This document shows positions 29,601-39,218 of a DNA stretch of 64,000 bases, piece by piece. The stretch is from positions 29,516 through 93,515 of IMG/VR virus record IMGVR_UViG_3300032291_001823; one strand, given 5' to 3'. The translations under genes were made by a program, and so were the position numbers. Below the pieces are notes generated by a model. It was not told where the DNA came from and searched no databases. It worked only from the letters and a program-made list of their open reading frames with translations. This DNA is from a virus. The number at the start of each line of letters is the position of its first letter. Within the stretch, counting starts at the first letter, position 1.

Positions 29601-31566
29601 TGTACTTGGTGGTAAAATTACAGTTGGTGAACAGTTCCTAAGAACTATATCTATTGATGAGGGAGACATTGGATTTGGTAAAATTGATCCTCTTACAGGT
29701 AGACCAATTGACACTATTCCTACATATTTCACTAAAGAAATTGAAGGAGAACTTAGTGAAGACTTGTTTAGAAACATGGCTCTTTACAATGAAATGGCTA
29801 TCAGATATAAATATCTTAGTGACATTGAAGCTCAAGGACGTGCATTGATTAACACTGAAAGAAACAAGAAAGCAATTGCTACATCCATGTTTGGCAAAAC
29901 CGTATATAAAGATGGTGTGTTACAATACACTCCAGATAATAATGAGAATGCCCAGCTAATTGAGAACATGGTGAAGGGTATTGTATACGGACAGAAGTTT
30001 GTAGAAAGTGAAAGTTTTGACCAACTTCTTGGTAGCCTGAGTGATTTTGGCGAAAGAGCTAATAAGAAACTTGGAATTAATATATTCCCAGAGAATTTAT
30101 CTGGAAGACAAATCAGTATTAACAAGGTGATAAATCAACTTAATAATACATTCCAATTAAATGCCTTAGGACTTAATCCCTTATCTGCTCTATCAAACTT
30201 GTTGGGTGGTAGTTTTCAATCTATAATTAACGCTGAGACCTATTTTACAAAAAGTGATTTTGTATCTTCTGAGCTCTTTCTTACAGCAGGCAAAATGACT
30301 GGTGGTGAAGATCAAAAAAAGTTTGTTGGAGCACTTGAATATTTTCTCCCTCTTACAGAAAGTTACAATAAAGAACTTGCTAAACATCTATCAATCAATA
30401 AGTTAAGTCAAGAGAACATACAAGAATTTCTTATGATACTCATGAGGAAATCAGATATGCTTGTACAAACTGCAAACTTCCGTTCCTTCTTAATTAACAC
30501 TATAGTAGATGGAGGTAGAGTTGTAAATGCTCGTCAATATCTTAGAGAGCAACCTGAATATCAAGATATGTATGCAGGAACTCAAGAAGATAGGAAAGCT
30601 AGAAAGGAAAAGTTTGAAAGTGATGTAAAAAAGTTAATTGATGAAAAGGGTGTATTAAAACTTGCTGAAATAAAAGATGGAGAATTTATTATTCCAGGAG
30701 TTGATAAAAAGGATGAGAGTGTTATAGAACTTAGAAGAAAGGTGCAACAGGTTAGTAAGGATGCATTGGGTAACTTGTCTGAAGATGATTTGAGAATGAT
30801 AAATCTTAACATATATGGAAAATCTTTCATGTTGTTCAAGAACTGGATTCCTCGTCTGGTGGATGTGCGTTTAGGTAATATTAAATACAACTCAGCATCT
30901 GATGCTTATGAGTGGGGAAGAATGAGAAATGTGTTTAGGGTGATATCAGAAGACTTACTTGGTTCAATTAACAATCTTACAAACTCTCTACAAGGAAATG
31001 ATAAGGGTGTAGAGTTTATGAGAAAGCTTTACGAAAAGAAGAAACAAGAATACGAAACAGAAACTGGAAAGCCTTTGGAAATGACAGAATCCCAGTTTAT
31101 GGATCTCACAAGGAAAAATATTAAAGGACAGCTTGTAGACCTAATGTTCATGTTAACTGTGTATGCTCTCTATCTTGGACTGAAAGCAAATGCTCCAGAG
31201 GATGATGAAGATGCTATGGTTAAGAACCAATATAAGTTTATGCTTAGAGCTGCTGATAAGGTTAAAGATGAATTGGCTTATTTCTATGATCCTACAAGCT
31301 TAACAAGTCTTGTATCCTCTGGAATATTCCCATCAATGTCTTATCTAAATAACTTTAAAAAGCTTGTTGTTAACTTTAACACTGAGATGTTTGGACTGGC
31401 AGTTGGTGATGAGGAGCTTGTAGAAAAAACCAAGGTGATCAAATATCTTATGAAAACATTCCCTGTAGCTAATCAAGCTGCTGGAATGCTTCCAATGTTC
31501 TACCCAGAACTTGCTAAAGATCTTGGTATAAAGGCACAATCACAAGCTAGACCAATTTCTCTGTAA
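26629..31566 (+). CDS. large virion/ejection protein with zincin-like and PD-(D/E)xK nuclease-like domains
   Basis: 1645 aa, TAATG-coupled to the RNAP gene. Contains LPEEAMHF and KGTAGH...AGTIDFL..DGKTNILDWK...QMEQY, with a long helical C-terminus. Confidence 0.7.
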   Translation: MACRLDVRKAILDNAFDEAFEGRYTFTRMSDDTVRINGQVDAAQTKALSRNQAINIANQKLESIKKSFNNAITGYVTNRSEYDPVTITLNVNPAYIEYEYRKLPLDKQTDPADRMFQLPGTELSKASPETIKRIKELLNRIGVDYQVVSKIAVNGKIIGANGVADITQKLIQVVNGKEATALPEEAMHFVVEIIQQTDPKLFSTLLKEINGYRMMKDVFATYSSDPNYQTKEGKPDVIKLKKEAIAKVLAETVINKSEGSIENPENVAKVESWWQKIVNYLKGLFNKSGFDTAAMKIISGEEIGSVDDVRNKEAQIYLQKGTRDSIYEKLKDISSKIEKKDDGYYIDGKKVPRRVTDLVKDWYERRFKAKDLTKNEYQTALFDLKAEKGTAGHADLEYAFTVFVNEDGYLRTTPLDDSGYVSQLNPDNRDMYELLRDNLKERLNSFPKENGGTRFLSEIMTYDAKRGLAGTIDFLAIEPDGKTNILDWKFMDLNVDKYTDVPWYKVNAWRQQMEQYKLLLEKVYGVKPQDFKQTRMIPIKAKYVGGNVKEGILPTLSGIQIGDVNVKNVKEDYLLPVGLEGEKTGNKKIDALLEKLNAVYKKMSEKKALPSEKLNKAEQLNALFSAIRQLQIKQNIKPLLYQAKVLNKQLNKLLEQYQTNWKGKDVKSFSQEQISAFYDELENAYNSISHYTTLDTELKFLFQGELSEEDKALREDLRDTVDDARGILSELSEVSGEFVEDFVAGSEGVENFLTPEKVIKGITKWFSSTATIPLKALEVLYKKANRAFTYAAQDTIVETKKLTNIKSKYDEWAKGKGLSSKNYFSFIKKEKSNELIDEFNPEFYKTLRTKIGEKDIQWIKNNINVAEYTDFLKEKLKEDLQRIQDKARVGTDEEIQKEIKREIAQTKSLYDTSTIDSAGWYNYDLLKKFPDRTTWESNEWKQLNKTENKPALDFYNYIKERNEYYQEIGYISKAEARVFLPFVRKGLMEKLVLGGKITVGEQFLRTISIDEGDIGFGKIDPLTGRPIDTIPTYFTKEIEGELSEDLFRNMALYNEMAIRYKYLSDIEAQGRALINTERNKKAIATSMFGKTVYKDGVLQYTPDNNENAQLIENMVKGIVYGQKFVESESFDQLLGSLSDFGERANKKLGINIFPENLSGRQISINKVINQLNNTFQLNALGLNPLSALSNLLGGSFQSIINAETYFTKSDFVSSELFLTAGKMTGGEDQKKFVGALEYFLPLTESYNKELAKHLSINKLSQENIQEFLMILMRKSDMLVQTANFRSFLINTIVDGGRVVNARQYLREQPEYQDMYAGTQEDRKARKEKFESDVKKLIDEKGVLKLAEIKDGEFIIPGVDKKDESVIELRRKVQQVSKDALGNLSEDDLRMINLNIYGKSFMLFKNWIPRLVDVRLGNIKYNSASDAYEWGRMRNVFRVISEDLLGSINNLTNSLQGNDKGVEFMRKLYEKKKQEYETETGKPLEMTESQFMDLTRKNIKGQLVDLMFMLTVYALYLGLKANAPEDDEDAMVKNQYKFMLRAADKVKDELAYFYDPTSLTSLVSSGIFPSMSYLNNFKKLVVNFNTEMFGLAVGDEELVEKTKVIKYLMKTFPVANQAAGMLPMFYPELAKDLGIKAQSQARPISL

Positions 31567-31618
31567 ATAATAACAGAGTTGTATAGCTATATTATGACCA
31601 AAATTTTAGGAGGTGTCA

Positions 31619-31647
31619 TTGTAAATTATGGGAATTGGTTATTTTTG
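31619..31647 (+). promoter_or_regulatory. putative Bacteroidota-type promoter for the tail fibre operon
   Basis: TTG (31619-21), 18-nt spacer, TATTTTTG (31640-47) in a 170-bp intergenic gap. Confidence 0.5.
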
Positions 31648-31736
31648 TAATCTCCCGTAGACACATTTCGATTAAAATGTGTGTGTAAAGTCAGCTCTGA
31701 CAGATTCCAATTATATACTTTTTTATCTTTTTATAA

Positions 31737-33221
31737 ATGAATGTCACTTGTTCATCACCAGTGTGCCCTGTCATATTGAATTCCACCTGCGTATTTTACG
31801 AAGGTGAGAGTCTTATTTATACAGGTATAAACACAAACGACAGTTTGCAGGTAGCTCTGCAAAAGATAGATGCTGCTCTTGGTGTAACAACCGTAGTGAA
31901 TATTTATAACTCAAACGGAACATTAACAGGAAACAGAACAATAAGTTCTGGAGGATTTACATTAACAATAGGTCCTGTTACAACCTTTACAGCAGCTCCT
32001 GCAATAAGCACAATTACACAAGGATCTGTTTTCTTTGCAGGTTCAGGAGGAACAATAAGTCAGAACAATTCTCAATTCTTTTGGGATAATAGCACCAATA
32101 GATTAGGATTGGGAACAATCACTCCTTTATATAAGCTTGATATTAGTGGAACAGCACGTGTATCAAGTACATTAGAGGTTAATAGTTTGAATGGTGTTGG
32201 AAGTAGAATGGTGGTGGCTAATGCTAGTGGTGTATTAAGCACACAATCAATTCCTGTAAGTGGTGTAACAAGTATAAATACAACAGCTCCTATAACAGGG
32301 GGTCCAATCACTACCACTGGTACAATAGGTATAACACAAGCAACAATCTCTACAAACGGTTACCTAAGTTCAACAGATTGGAGTATATTCAATAATAAAC
32401 AGAACGCCCTATCCTTAACAACAACAGGAACAGGTGGTGCTTCTACACTTATTGGTAGTGTATTAAACATTCCTCAATATCAATCTGCATTAACTAATCC
32501 TATTACAGGCATAGGTGCAGCAGGACAAGTGGCATATTGGACAGGAGTGAGTTCTCAGAGTGGAAGTAATAATTTCCAATGGGATAACACAAATCAAAGA
32601 CTTTCAATAACTGGTCAAAATGTAACAAATACAACAACAATAAGTGCTACTTGTGCAGCATCAACTTTTTCATTGAATAATGTATCAAATCATTATGCAA
32701 ATTTTACTCTATCTACAACATCAGCAAGTGGTTCAATTTCTAATATATTAAGTAATAATTCATCATTAACTGGCTCTTTTGTTTTATTCTCATCAGCTGA
32801 GGGAAATAACCTTTTTGGGACATCAAGGAATAGTGCTTTAGCATTAGTAAATAATAGCGGAACAAAGTTTTACATTGGTACAATTAATGCTACTGATTTA
32901 ATATTCGGTACTACCAATATAGAACGTTTTAGATTGTTCGCAGGTGGAAATCTCGGAATAGGCACAGGAGCAACCGACACAACGGAACGCTTGCAGGTGA
33001 GTGGTACATCTGTAATCAAGGACATAGTGACATCAAGTGTTACATCTGCATTGCTTCAGTTGTCATCAACCACCAAAGGTTTCCTTCCTCCAAGAATGAC
33101 TCTTGTCCAAAAGAACGCAATAGCAACACCAGTTGAAGGTCTTATTGTATATCAAACGGATGGAACAAAGGGATTATATTTATATGACGGTGCTTCCTGG
33201 AGAGCAATAACAATAATATAA
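31737..33221 (+). CDS. tail fibre/spike protein
   Basis: 494 aa, G/S/T-rich. Cys-rich N-terminal anchor (C...CP....CVFYEG), FWD....RLGLGT..P and C-terminal SSTTKGFLPPRMT. Confidence 0.75.
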   Translation: MNVTCSSPVCPVILNSTCVFYEGESLIYTGINTNDSLQVALQKIDAALGVTTVVNIYNSNGTLTGNRTISSGGFTLTIGPVTTFTAAPAISTITQGSVFFAGSGGTISQNNSQFFWDNSTNRLGLGTITPLYKLDISGTARVSSTLEVNSLNGVGSRMVVANASGVLSTQSIPVSGVTSINTTAPITGGPITTTGTIGITQATISTNGYLSSTDWSIFNNKQNALSLTTTGTGGASTLIGSVLNIPQYQSALTNPITGIGAAGQVAYWTGVSSQSGSNNFQWDNTNQRLSITGQNVTNTTTISATCAASTFSLNNVSNHYANFTLSTTSASGSISNILSNNSSLTGSFVLFSSAEGNNLFGTSRNSALALVNNSGTKFYIGTINATDLIFGTTNIERFRLFAGGNLGIGTGATDTTERLQVSGTSVIKDIVTSSVTSALLQLSSTTKGFLPPRMTLVQKNAIATPVEGLIVYQTDGTKGLYLYDGASWRAITII

Positions 33222-33224
33222 AAC

Positions 33225-36200
33225 ATGGCAAACAGCATAGGATTAGTAGATGGTAATGTAATAACAGCAAGTGTTCCAGTGGCAGCAACAGCTGGTCAAG
33301 TGTTAAGCTCAAATGGAACAACGCTTGCATGGACAACTCCTACAACAGGAACTGTAACTGGGCTAACAGGAGAAGTTACTACAACTGGTAGTGGATTATT
33401 GACTGTAACTTTGTCAAACTTAGCCGTAATAGGTAAAACGCTTTCAGGACTTTCTGTAACTTCTGGATCTATCACATCTGCTGATTCTATACTCACAGCA
33501 ATGGGTAAGATACAAGGGCAGATAAATGGTCTAGCTGGAGGATCAACTTATAAAGGAACATGGAATGCTGCTACTAACACACCTACTATTGTAAGTAGCG
33601 TTGGTACTGGTGGTGATTATTACATTGTCAGTGTAGCAGGTACTACTAATATTAATGGTACAGCTTCATGGGATGTAGGTGATTGGATTATATTTGATGG
33701 AACTGTTTGGCAGAAGGTGGACAACACTGACTCCGTAACATCTGTTAATGGTTTTACAGGTGCAGTTAATCTCACTACAACAAACATAACAGAAGGAACT
33801 AACCTGTATTATACAGACACCAGAGCTAGATCTGCCATTAGTCTTACAACAACTGGGTCAAGTGGAGCTTCCACTTATATTTCAGGTGCTTTAAATATTC
33901 CCAACTATACTCTTGCTGGACTTGGAGGTGTACCTACAACCACTACATTGAGTATAAATGGTACATCATTTGACTTGAGTGCTAATAGAGTTTGGTCTGT
34001 GGGAACAGTTACAAGCGTAGTTGGTACAGGAGGTTATGGTGGACTCACTCTTAGCGGTACGGTTACTAACACAGGCTCACTGACGCTTGGGGGAACCCCA
34101 ACGGGCACATGGCCAATAAGCATAGGAGGAAATGCAGCAACAGTAACAATAGCTAACACAAACGTAAACACCAGTTATTATATACCTTTAGTTTCTTCAA
34201 CAGGAAATATGTCCTTGCTGATCGACGGTGGTAATGATCTTAACTACAATCCATTTACAAACGTATTCACTATAGGTGGTAGTATTGTTATTAATAGTGT
34301 AGTTATCAACGGTGGTACTGCTAATCAGTTCATGAAGGCCAACGGTACTCTTGATAATAATATATACCTAACAGGTTCTGGAGTATCTGGAAGAATAGCG
34401 TTCTGGGATTCTACATATGGTTTATCTAGTTCAGCAGCAATGCTATTTAACTCAGGTACAAATAACGTAACCTTAACAAGTCTATCTGGCACTGGCACAA
34501 GAATGGTCGTGGCTGATGCTGCTGGTGTTCTCTCTACACAAACTATACCTGTCACTTCAGTATTTGGAAGGACAGGTGCAGTGGTAGCACAGTCTGGTGA
34601 TTATACAACAACATTAGTTACAGAAGGTACTAACCTATATTACACAGATGCTAGAGCTAGGGCAGCCATAAGCTTAACAACTACAGGTTCAAGCGGATCA
34701 TCTACATATATAGGAGGAGTTATCAACGTACCAACTTATACATTAGCTGGACTTGGAGGAGTTTCGACAGGAACTACAATAACAATAAATGGAACCACTC
34801 TTGATTTAAGTGCTAACAGAACATGGTCTGTAGGTACGGTGACAAGTGTTAACGCTACAGTGCCTACAGGATTCTCCGTAGGAAGCCCAGTTACGTCTAG
34901 TGGTGACATAGCAATAAGTTATGCTGCTGGTTATTCACTTCCAACAACTGCAAAGCAAACACAATGGGACACTGCATACAATTTAACACTTGGCGCAGCA
35001 TTAACAAAAACTGATGACACAAATGTAACAATCACCTTAGGCGGTACACCAGCTACATCAGTATTAAGAGCAACATCCCTTACGCTAGGATGGACTGGGC
35101 AGTTGTCTGTTGCAAGAGGTGGTACGGGTGCAGCTACATTAACTGGAGTGTTAATTGGTAATGGTGCATCAGCAGTAACAGCAGTGGCAGGTACGGCTAA
35201 TCAAATCCTCAGAAGGAATACAGCAGGTACAGCTTATGAGTTTTTTACATCAGGTATAATTTCATCAACTGGTACAGTAAGCTTTGTGCCCCTTTGGTCG
35301 TCATCTACATCAATTGGAAATAGTCCTTTATCATTTGTTAGCGGAGAAGCTAATTTTGGGTCAAATAAGCTGGTGGCAGGAAACGTATCTTCTACCAATG
35401 GCTCGATAATGCTCCAAGACAACTATTCGAATGGGCATCTCAGCAATATCGGTAGCATGTACAGCGGTGGTAATTTGATGATGGGCTTTTGTGTAACCCC
35501 TTCAACTTCCTCTAGCGTAGATTTTGTTTCATCAACAGCAGCTCCCGACTTTGCTCGTTCTGCAATTGTTGCAGGAACTGACGTATATTTTTATACAGGC
35601 GCTGCACAGACAGTAAGTGTAGGTTCGTCAGTTTCGATGACAGAGAACATGAGGCTGTATAATAACGGCAATCTTGTCCTTCAGACTGGTGGTTCGTATG
35701 TAAATGCAACACAGAAGCTTCAGGTGTATGGAGAAACACTTATGAAGGGTACTGGTAGTACAGTTACAACAACAGCTTTAACTATACAAAACGATTCAAA
35801 TTCTACAACCTTCAAAGTTGCAGACTCTGGAGATGTATATGCAGGAGATGGAGCTTGGTTTAGAGTACAAGGTGTTTCTAAGAGATATATATACAAGACT
35901 GACGTAACAAATGAAATATTTAGTGTATCATCATGCTCTTCCCTTGGTACATCAATTAATCTGTTTGGAGCAACACATGCTACAAAGCCTAAAACAATTC
36001 AAATAGCAGCATTATATGCCCCTAATTCTGGCACGATAGCCTACAGTGGGCTAGAGATTGCGTCTAATATTGACCAGACTGGAACAGCAAACGCCATAAC
36101 TAGAGGTTTGTACATAAATCCAGTTCTCAACAATGTCGTCAGTCGGAACAACTGGCGCTCTGTAGAATGGAGTAATAATGAAGGATATGGATTGCTTGGT

Positions 36201-36950
36201 GTAGGAACTGCACAGAACTTACTTAATGGTAAGCTTACAGTGAACCCTACAGTGCTTGCAGCCAACTTTACAAACGCTAACACAATAAGTGTTCTTGGTT
36301 CACAGGTTTTGAATATTCCTGCAGGAGCTCGTGGTGCAGATGGTAATGTTTATTCAGCAGTTACGGGAGCTCACTATTTCAGATTTAATGGAGCCACTAC
36401 ACTTTTTGGAGATGCTCTTTGGTCAGGATCTGCTAACATAGCAAACATACAATTTGATACCACTGGTACTGTTACAATGGCAAACAGTGCTACAACAGGA
36501 TATAGACCACTGTCTGTAATGCAGCTTCAAATGCAAGCAAGTGGAGCAAATAGTGGAACCGTAGATAAAGGTGCTACACTCTTTATACAGGGTGTGTATC
36601 CAGCAGGATTGACAGGAATTGTAACATTCACTGACTACGCTGCTGTAAGAATCAATGATTTAAGAGAGTGGGGTGGTACATCTGTTGTGTTAACAAATAG
36701 ATGGGGTATATATCAAGCAGGGGCTGATGATAAGAACTATTTTGCAGCAAGTGTTGGTGTGGGTGTTGCTGCACCAGTTGCTTCAGCTAAGCTTCAAGTG
36801 GATTCAACTACACAAGGATTCTTACCTCCTAGAGTGACATTAGCTCAAATGAATGCAATTGGAACTCCTGCACCAGGATTGATTATTTTCAACACAACAG
36901 ATAATAAACACTACGGATATAACGGAACTGCATGGACGGCTTTTTATTAA
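33225..36950 (+). CDS. long tail fibre protein
   Basis: 1241 aa. YKGTWNA..NTP, VTSVNGFTGAV/VTSVFGRTGAV, a duplicated TEGTNLYYTD block and C-terminal DSTTQGFLPPR. Confidence 0.8.
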   Translation: MANSIGLVDGNVITASVPVAATAGQVLSSNGTTLAWTTPTTGTVTGLTGEVTTTGSGLLTVTLSNLAVIGKTLSGLSVTSGSITSADSILTAMGKIQGQINGLAGGSTYKGTWNAATNTPTIVSSVGTGGDYYIVSVAGTTNINGTASWDVGDWIIFDGTVWQKVDNTDSVTSVNGFTGAVNLTTTNITEGTNLYYTDTRARSAISLTTTGSSGASTYISGALNIPNYTLAGLGGVPTTTTLSINGTSFDLSANRVWSVGTVTSVVGTGGYGGLTLSGTVTNTGSLTLGGTPTGTWPISIGGNAATVTIANTNVNTSYYIPLVSSTGNMSLLIDGGNDLNYNPFTNVFTIGGSIVINSVVINGGTANQFMKANGTLDNNIYLTGSGVSGRIAFWDSTYGLSSSAAMLFNSGTNNVTLTSLSGTGTRMVVADAAGVLSTQTIPVTSVFGRTGAVVAQSGDYTTTLVTEGTNLYYTDARARAAISLTTTGSSGSSTYIGGVINVPTYTLAGLGGVSTGTTITINGTTLDLSANRTWSVGTVTSVNATVPTGFSVGSPVTSSGDIAISYAAGYSLPTTAKQTQWDTAYNLTLGAALTKTDDTNVTITLGGTPATSVLRATSLTLGWTGQLSVARGGTGAATLTGVLIGNGASAVTAVAGTANQILRRNTAGTAYEFFTSGIISSTGTVSFVPLWSSSTSIGNSPLSFVSGEANFGSNKLVAGNVSSTNGSIMLQDNYSNGHLSNIGSMYSGGNLMMGFCVTPSTSSSVDFVSSTAAPDFARSAIVAGTDVYFYTGAAQTVSVGSSVSMTENMRLYNNGNLVLQTGGSYVNATQKLQVYGETLMKGTGSTVTTTALTIQNDSNSTTFKVADSGDVYAGDGAWFRVQGVSKRYIYKTDVTNEIFSVSSCSSLGTSINLFGATHATKPKTIQIAALYAPNSGTIAYSGLEIASNIDQTGTANAITRGLYINPVLNNVVSRNNWRSVEWSNNEGYGLLGVGTAQNLLNGKLTVNPTVLAANFTNANTISVLGSQVLNIPAGARGADGNVYSAVTGAHYFRFNGATTLFGDALWSGSANIANIQFDTTGTVTMANSATTGYRPLSVMQLQMQASGANSGTVDKGATLFIQGVYPAGLTGIVTFTDYAAVRINDLREWGGTSVVLTNRWGIYQAGADDKNYFAASVGVGVAAPVASAKLQVDSTTQGFLPPRVTLAQMNAIGTPAPGLIIFNTTDNKHYGYNGTAWTAFY
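33789..34850 (+). repeat. internal ~80-aa duplication in tail fibre (copies ~33789-34020 and ~34620-34850)
   Basis: TEGTNLYYTD.RAR.AISLTTTGSSG.STYI.G..N.P.YTLAGLGGV...INGT..DLSANR.WSVGTVTSV occurs twice, synonymously diverged. Confidence 0.85.
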
Positions 36951-36969
36951 TATGTAATCTTATTAACCA

Positions 36970-37281
36970 ATGGAATATAATGAACTTGTAAAATCTGAAC
37001 TTTCTCAAATGGAACAGAGACTAACCGAAATGGAGGAAAAGATTGACAACATTGATAAAAAGTTGAACCAAGTTGTAGATGCAATATTGGGAAACTCCTT
37101 GACAAAGTCAGGAGGCTTTATGCAGGAGATGGAAAAGATAAAAGAAAAAATCTATCTCCTAGAGAGGAAACAAGATAAGATGGACGACTTTAAAAAGCGT
37201 ATTGTATGGACAATTAGTATAATTGTTGCAGCAGCAATGGTCATACAATATATTGTAAAAGTGTATTCTGAAATTAAATAA
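36970..37281 (+). CDS. putative holin (coiled coil plus C-terminal TM helix)
   Basis: IVWTISIIVAAAMVIQYIV hydrophobic helix; first gene of the lysis cassette. Confidence 0.5.
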   Translation: MEYNELVKSELSQMEQRLTEMEEKIDNIDKKLNQVVDAILGNSLTKSGGFMQEMEKIKEKIYLLERKQDKMDDFKKRIVWTISIIVAAAMVIQYIVKVYSEIK

Positions 37282-37288
37282 AACCAAA

Positions 37289-37882
37289 ATGAAAATCAAA
37301 TACGTTCTCGCATTATTAGCTCTTTCTGTAGGAATAACTTTCTACTTCTTAAAATGTAGAAACAACACACCTGTTCCTATTTCAAAAGTGGATACAGTGG
37401 TGAAGATCGTAAATATACATGATACGGTGGTTGGTAAGCCTAAGTTCATTAAAGGAGATACAGACACTTTATGGATTGTGGATGTACAATATGTTCCTGA
37501 TACAAACTACGATAAGCTTCTTCAGCAATATAAAGACTTAGGAGACAAGCATTTCTCCACAAACATATTCAAGAATAGTTATAAGATTGATTCCTTTGGA
37601 TATGTTACAGTGATGGATACAATACATCAAAACAGTGTTGTAGGAACAAAACTCCAATGGGATTTAAAGTTTCCCGAAAAGACAATTACAATAACAGAAC
37701 GTCCAGCTCCTAAGGCTGAATGGTATATAGGACCAATGGTTACAGCTAGTCCAAAAACACTTGGAAACAGTGTAAACGTTTCTGTTCTGTACAAGGACAA
37801 ACAGAATAGATATTATGCTGCTTCTCTAGGATGGAACGGTAGTACACAGATTGGTCTTTCTGCATATTTTAAAATTAAATAA
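37289..37882 (+). CDS. membrane-anchored lysis accessory protein (spanin-like)
   Basis: N-terminal TM/signal segment followed by Cys, DT-rich region and a C-terminal beta-rich segment ending in aromatic residues. Lies between holin and amidase. Confidence 0.45.
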   Translation: MKIKYVLALLALSVGITFYFLKCRNNTPVPISKVDTVVKIVNIHDTVVGKPKFIKGDTDTLWIVDVQYVPDTNYDKLLQQYKDLGDKHFSTNIFKNSYKIDSFGYVTVMDTIHQNSVVGTKLQWDLKFPEKTITITERPAPKAEWYIGPMVTASPKTLGNSVNVSVLYKDKQNRYYAASLGWNGSTQIGLSAYFKIK

Positions 37883-37884
37883 CT

Positions 37885-38427
37885 ATGTCTAGAAAAGTTT
37901 TTGTCATCGCAGGTCATGGAGGAACTGATTCAGGTGCAGTTGGAAACAGTTATATAGAAAGAGATCTTGCAATTGAACTAAGAGATCTTGTTATTAAAGA
38001 GCTTAAACTGCTGGGAATCAATGCATTAACAGACAGTAATGCAAACGCACTTTCACAAACTCTTGCTTGGTTAAGAGGAAAGTTTGCAAGCAAAGACATT
38101 CTATTTGATATACATTGGAATGCTGGAGCTGCAGCAGCTAAAGGATCAGAAGTGATTATACCAGATGCATCTTCACAGTTCGAAAAAGACCTTGCTAAAG
38201 ATCTCCTGAAGGTGCTGGTTAGTGTAGGATTTAAAGACAGAGGAGTGAAACCAGAAGCTCTTACGGCTAGAAAGAAATTAGGATGGATGAGACCTGTAGC
38301 TGAGAATGTTCTCATAGAGGTTTGTTTCATTACAAACTCTGCAGACATGAAACTCTATCAAGCCAACAAGCATACAATAGCAAAGAACATAGCTTCTACT
38401 CTGTCTACATACAGCAAAAAAGTATAA
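37885..38427 (+). CDS. N-acetylmuramoyl-L-alanine amidase endolysin (Amidase_3)
   Basis: AGHGG.DSGA...E, DIHWNA and VLIEVCFITN zinc-amidase motifs. Confidence 0.92.
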   Translation: MSRKVFVIAGHGGTDSGAVGNSYIERDLAIELRDLVIKELKLLGINALTDSNANALSQTLAWLRGKFASKDILFDIHWNAGAAAAKGSEVIIPDASSQFEKDLAKDLLKVLVSVGFKDRGVKPEALTARKKLGWMRPVAENVLIEVCFITNSADMKLYQANKHTIAKNIASTLSTYSKKV

Positions 38428-38428
38428 C

Positions 38429-38560
38429 ATGGCAAAAACTAAAGGCGGTGGTGCTGAGAAAATCAAGATGACATTTGGGAAGAGGAAGAAAGGAAAGGCT
38501 CAAAAGAGCAAAGGTCCTAAAGACAAAAACACTAGTCCATATAGGGGTCAGGGAAAATAA
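38429..38560 (+). CDS. 43-aa Lys-rich microprotein ending YRGQGK (not in ORF track)
   Basis: MAKTKGGGAEKIKMTFGKRKKGKAQKSKGPKDKNTSPYRGQGK; ATG is 1 nt after the amidase stop. Confidence 0.7.
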   Translation: MAKTKGGGAEKIKMTFGKRKKGKAQKSKGPKDKNTSPYRGQGK

Positions 38561-38588
38561 TTAATTTGGTTAATGTAAATTTTGCAAA

Positions 38589-38623
38589 TGACATTGTATA
38601 TAATGTCAAATGCCATACCTTTA
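38589..38623 (+). promoter_or_regulatory. putative promoter overlapped by a near-perfect 20-bp palindrome
   Basis: TTG (38594-96), 19-nt spacer, TACCTTTA (38616-23). TGACATTgTATAtAATGTCA at 38589-38608. Confidence 0.5.
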
Positions 38624-38635
38624 TAACATTTTAAT

Positions 38636-39202
38636 ATGCCTACATTTATAAAAGCTGGTTTTTGGAAAGAACTTTGTAAACCATGTGATGGTTACAAAGA
38701 GTGGCTTAATTTAGATAACTTTGTAAAGGAAAGAGCTGTACCAAAACTCTACTCTGCAACTTTTTTTGATACCACCTTACAAACAAATGGTGGAGCAACT
38801 ATAGCTAATCAAGTGTTAATTAATTCAACACAAGGTGCTGATGGGTTTACATTAGGACCAGATAATAGAATTAATGTTACTAATCCAGGAATTTACTTTT
38901 TAAGTGTTGGTCTTCAACTTTCATTTACAGGTGGTGCGTCAAATTATAATGTAACTGTTTGGTATACTGTTGATGATGTAATTGTTCCTAATTCATCATT
39001 TACATTTACTACCACTGGAGCACAAAATGATCAGACACTCGCAAAAATAACAGATACAATAACATTGACTGGTGGACAATATCTTAAATTTTATTGGTGG
39101 TCACAAGCCACTGGTATGAGACTTTTACCAACTGCTGCAGGAACTAATCCAACAAGACCATTGTCTCCATCTGTGAATGTTTCCATATTTAATGTAGGAT
39201 AA
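38636..39202 (+). CDS. virion decoration/fibre protein with C1q/BclA-like C-terminal beta-sandwich
   Basis: N-terminus shared with the 48577 ORF. The pattern I.V..PGIYFL...LQ...ITLT.GQYL is C1q/TNF-like. Confidence 0.55.
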   Translation: MPTFIKAGFWKELCKPCDGYKEWLNLDNFVKERAVPKLYSATFFDTTLQTNGGATIANQVLINSTQGADGFTLGPDNRINVTNPGIYFLSVGLQLSFTGGASNYNVTVWYTVDDVIVPNSSFTFTTTGAQNDQTLAKITDTITLTGGQYLKFYWWSQATGMRLLPTAAGTNPTRPLSPSVNVSIFNVG

Positions 39203-39218
39203 TAAAATATTAATACCG

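Noticed and set aside
33789-34850. Fibre duplication as a DGR template/variable repeat pair or invertible segment
   Set aside because: Both copies are in-frame and direct, differences are mostly synonymous and not adenine-specific, and there is no RT or invertase in the window.
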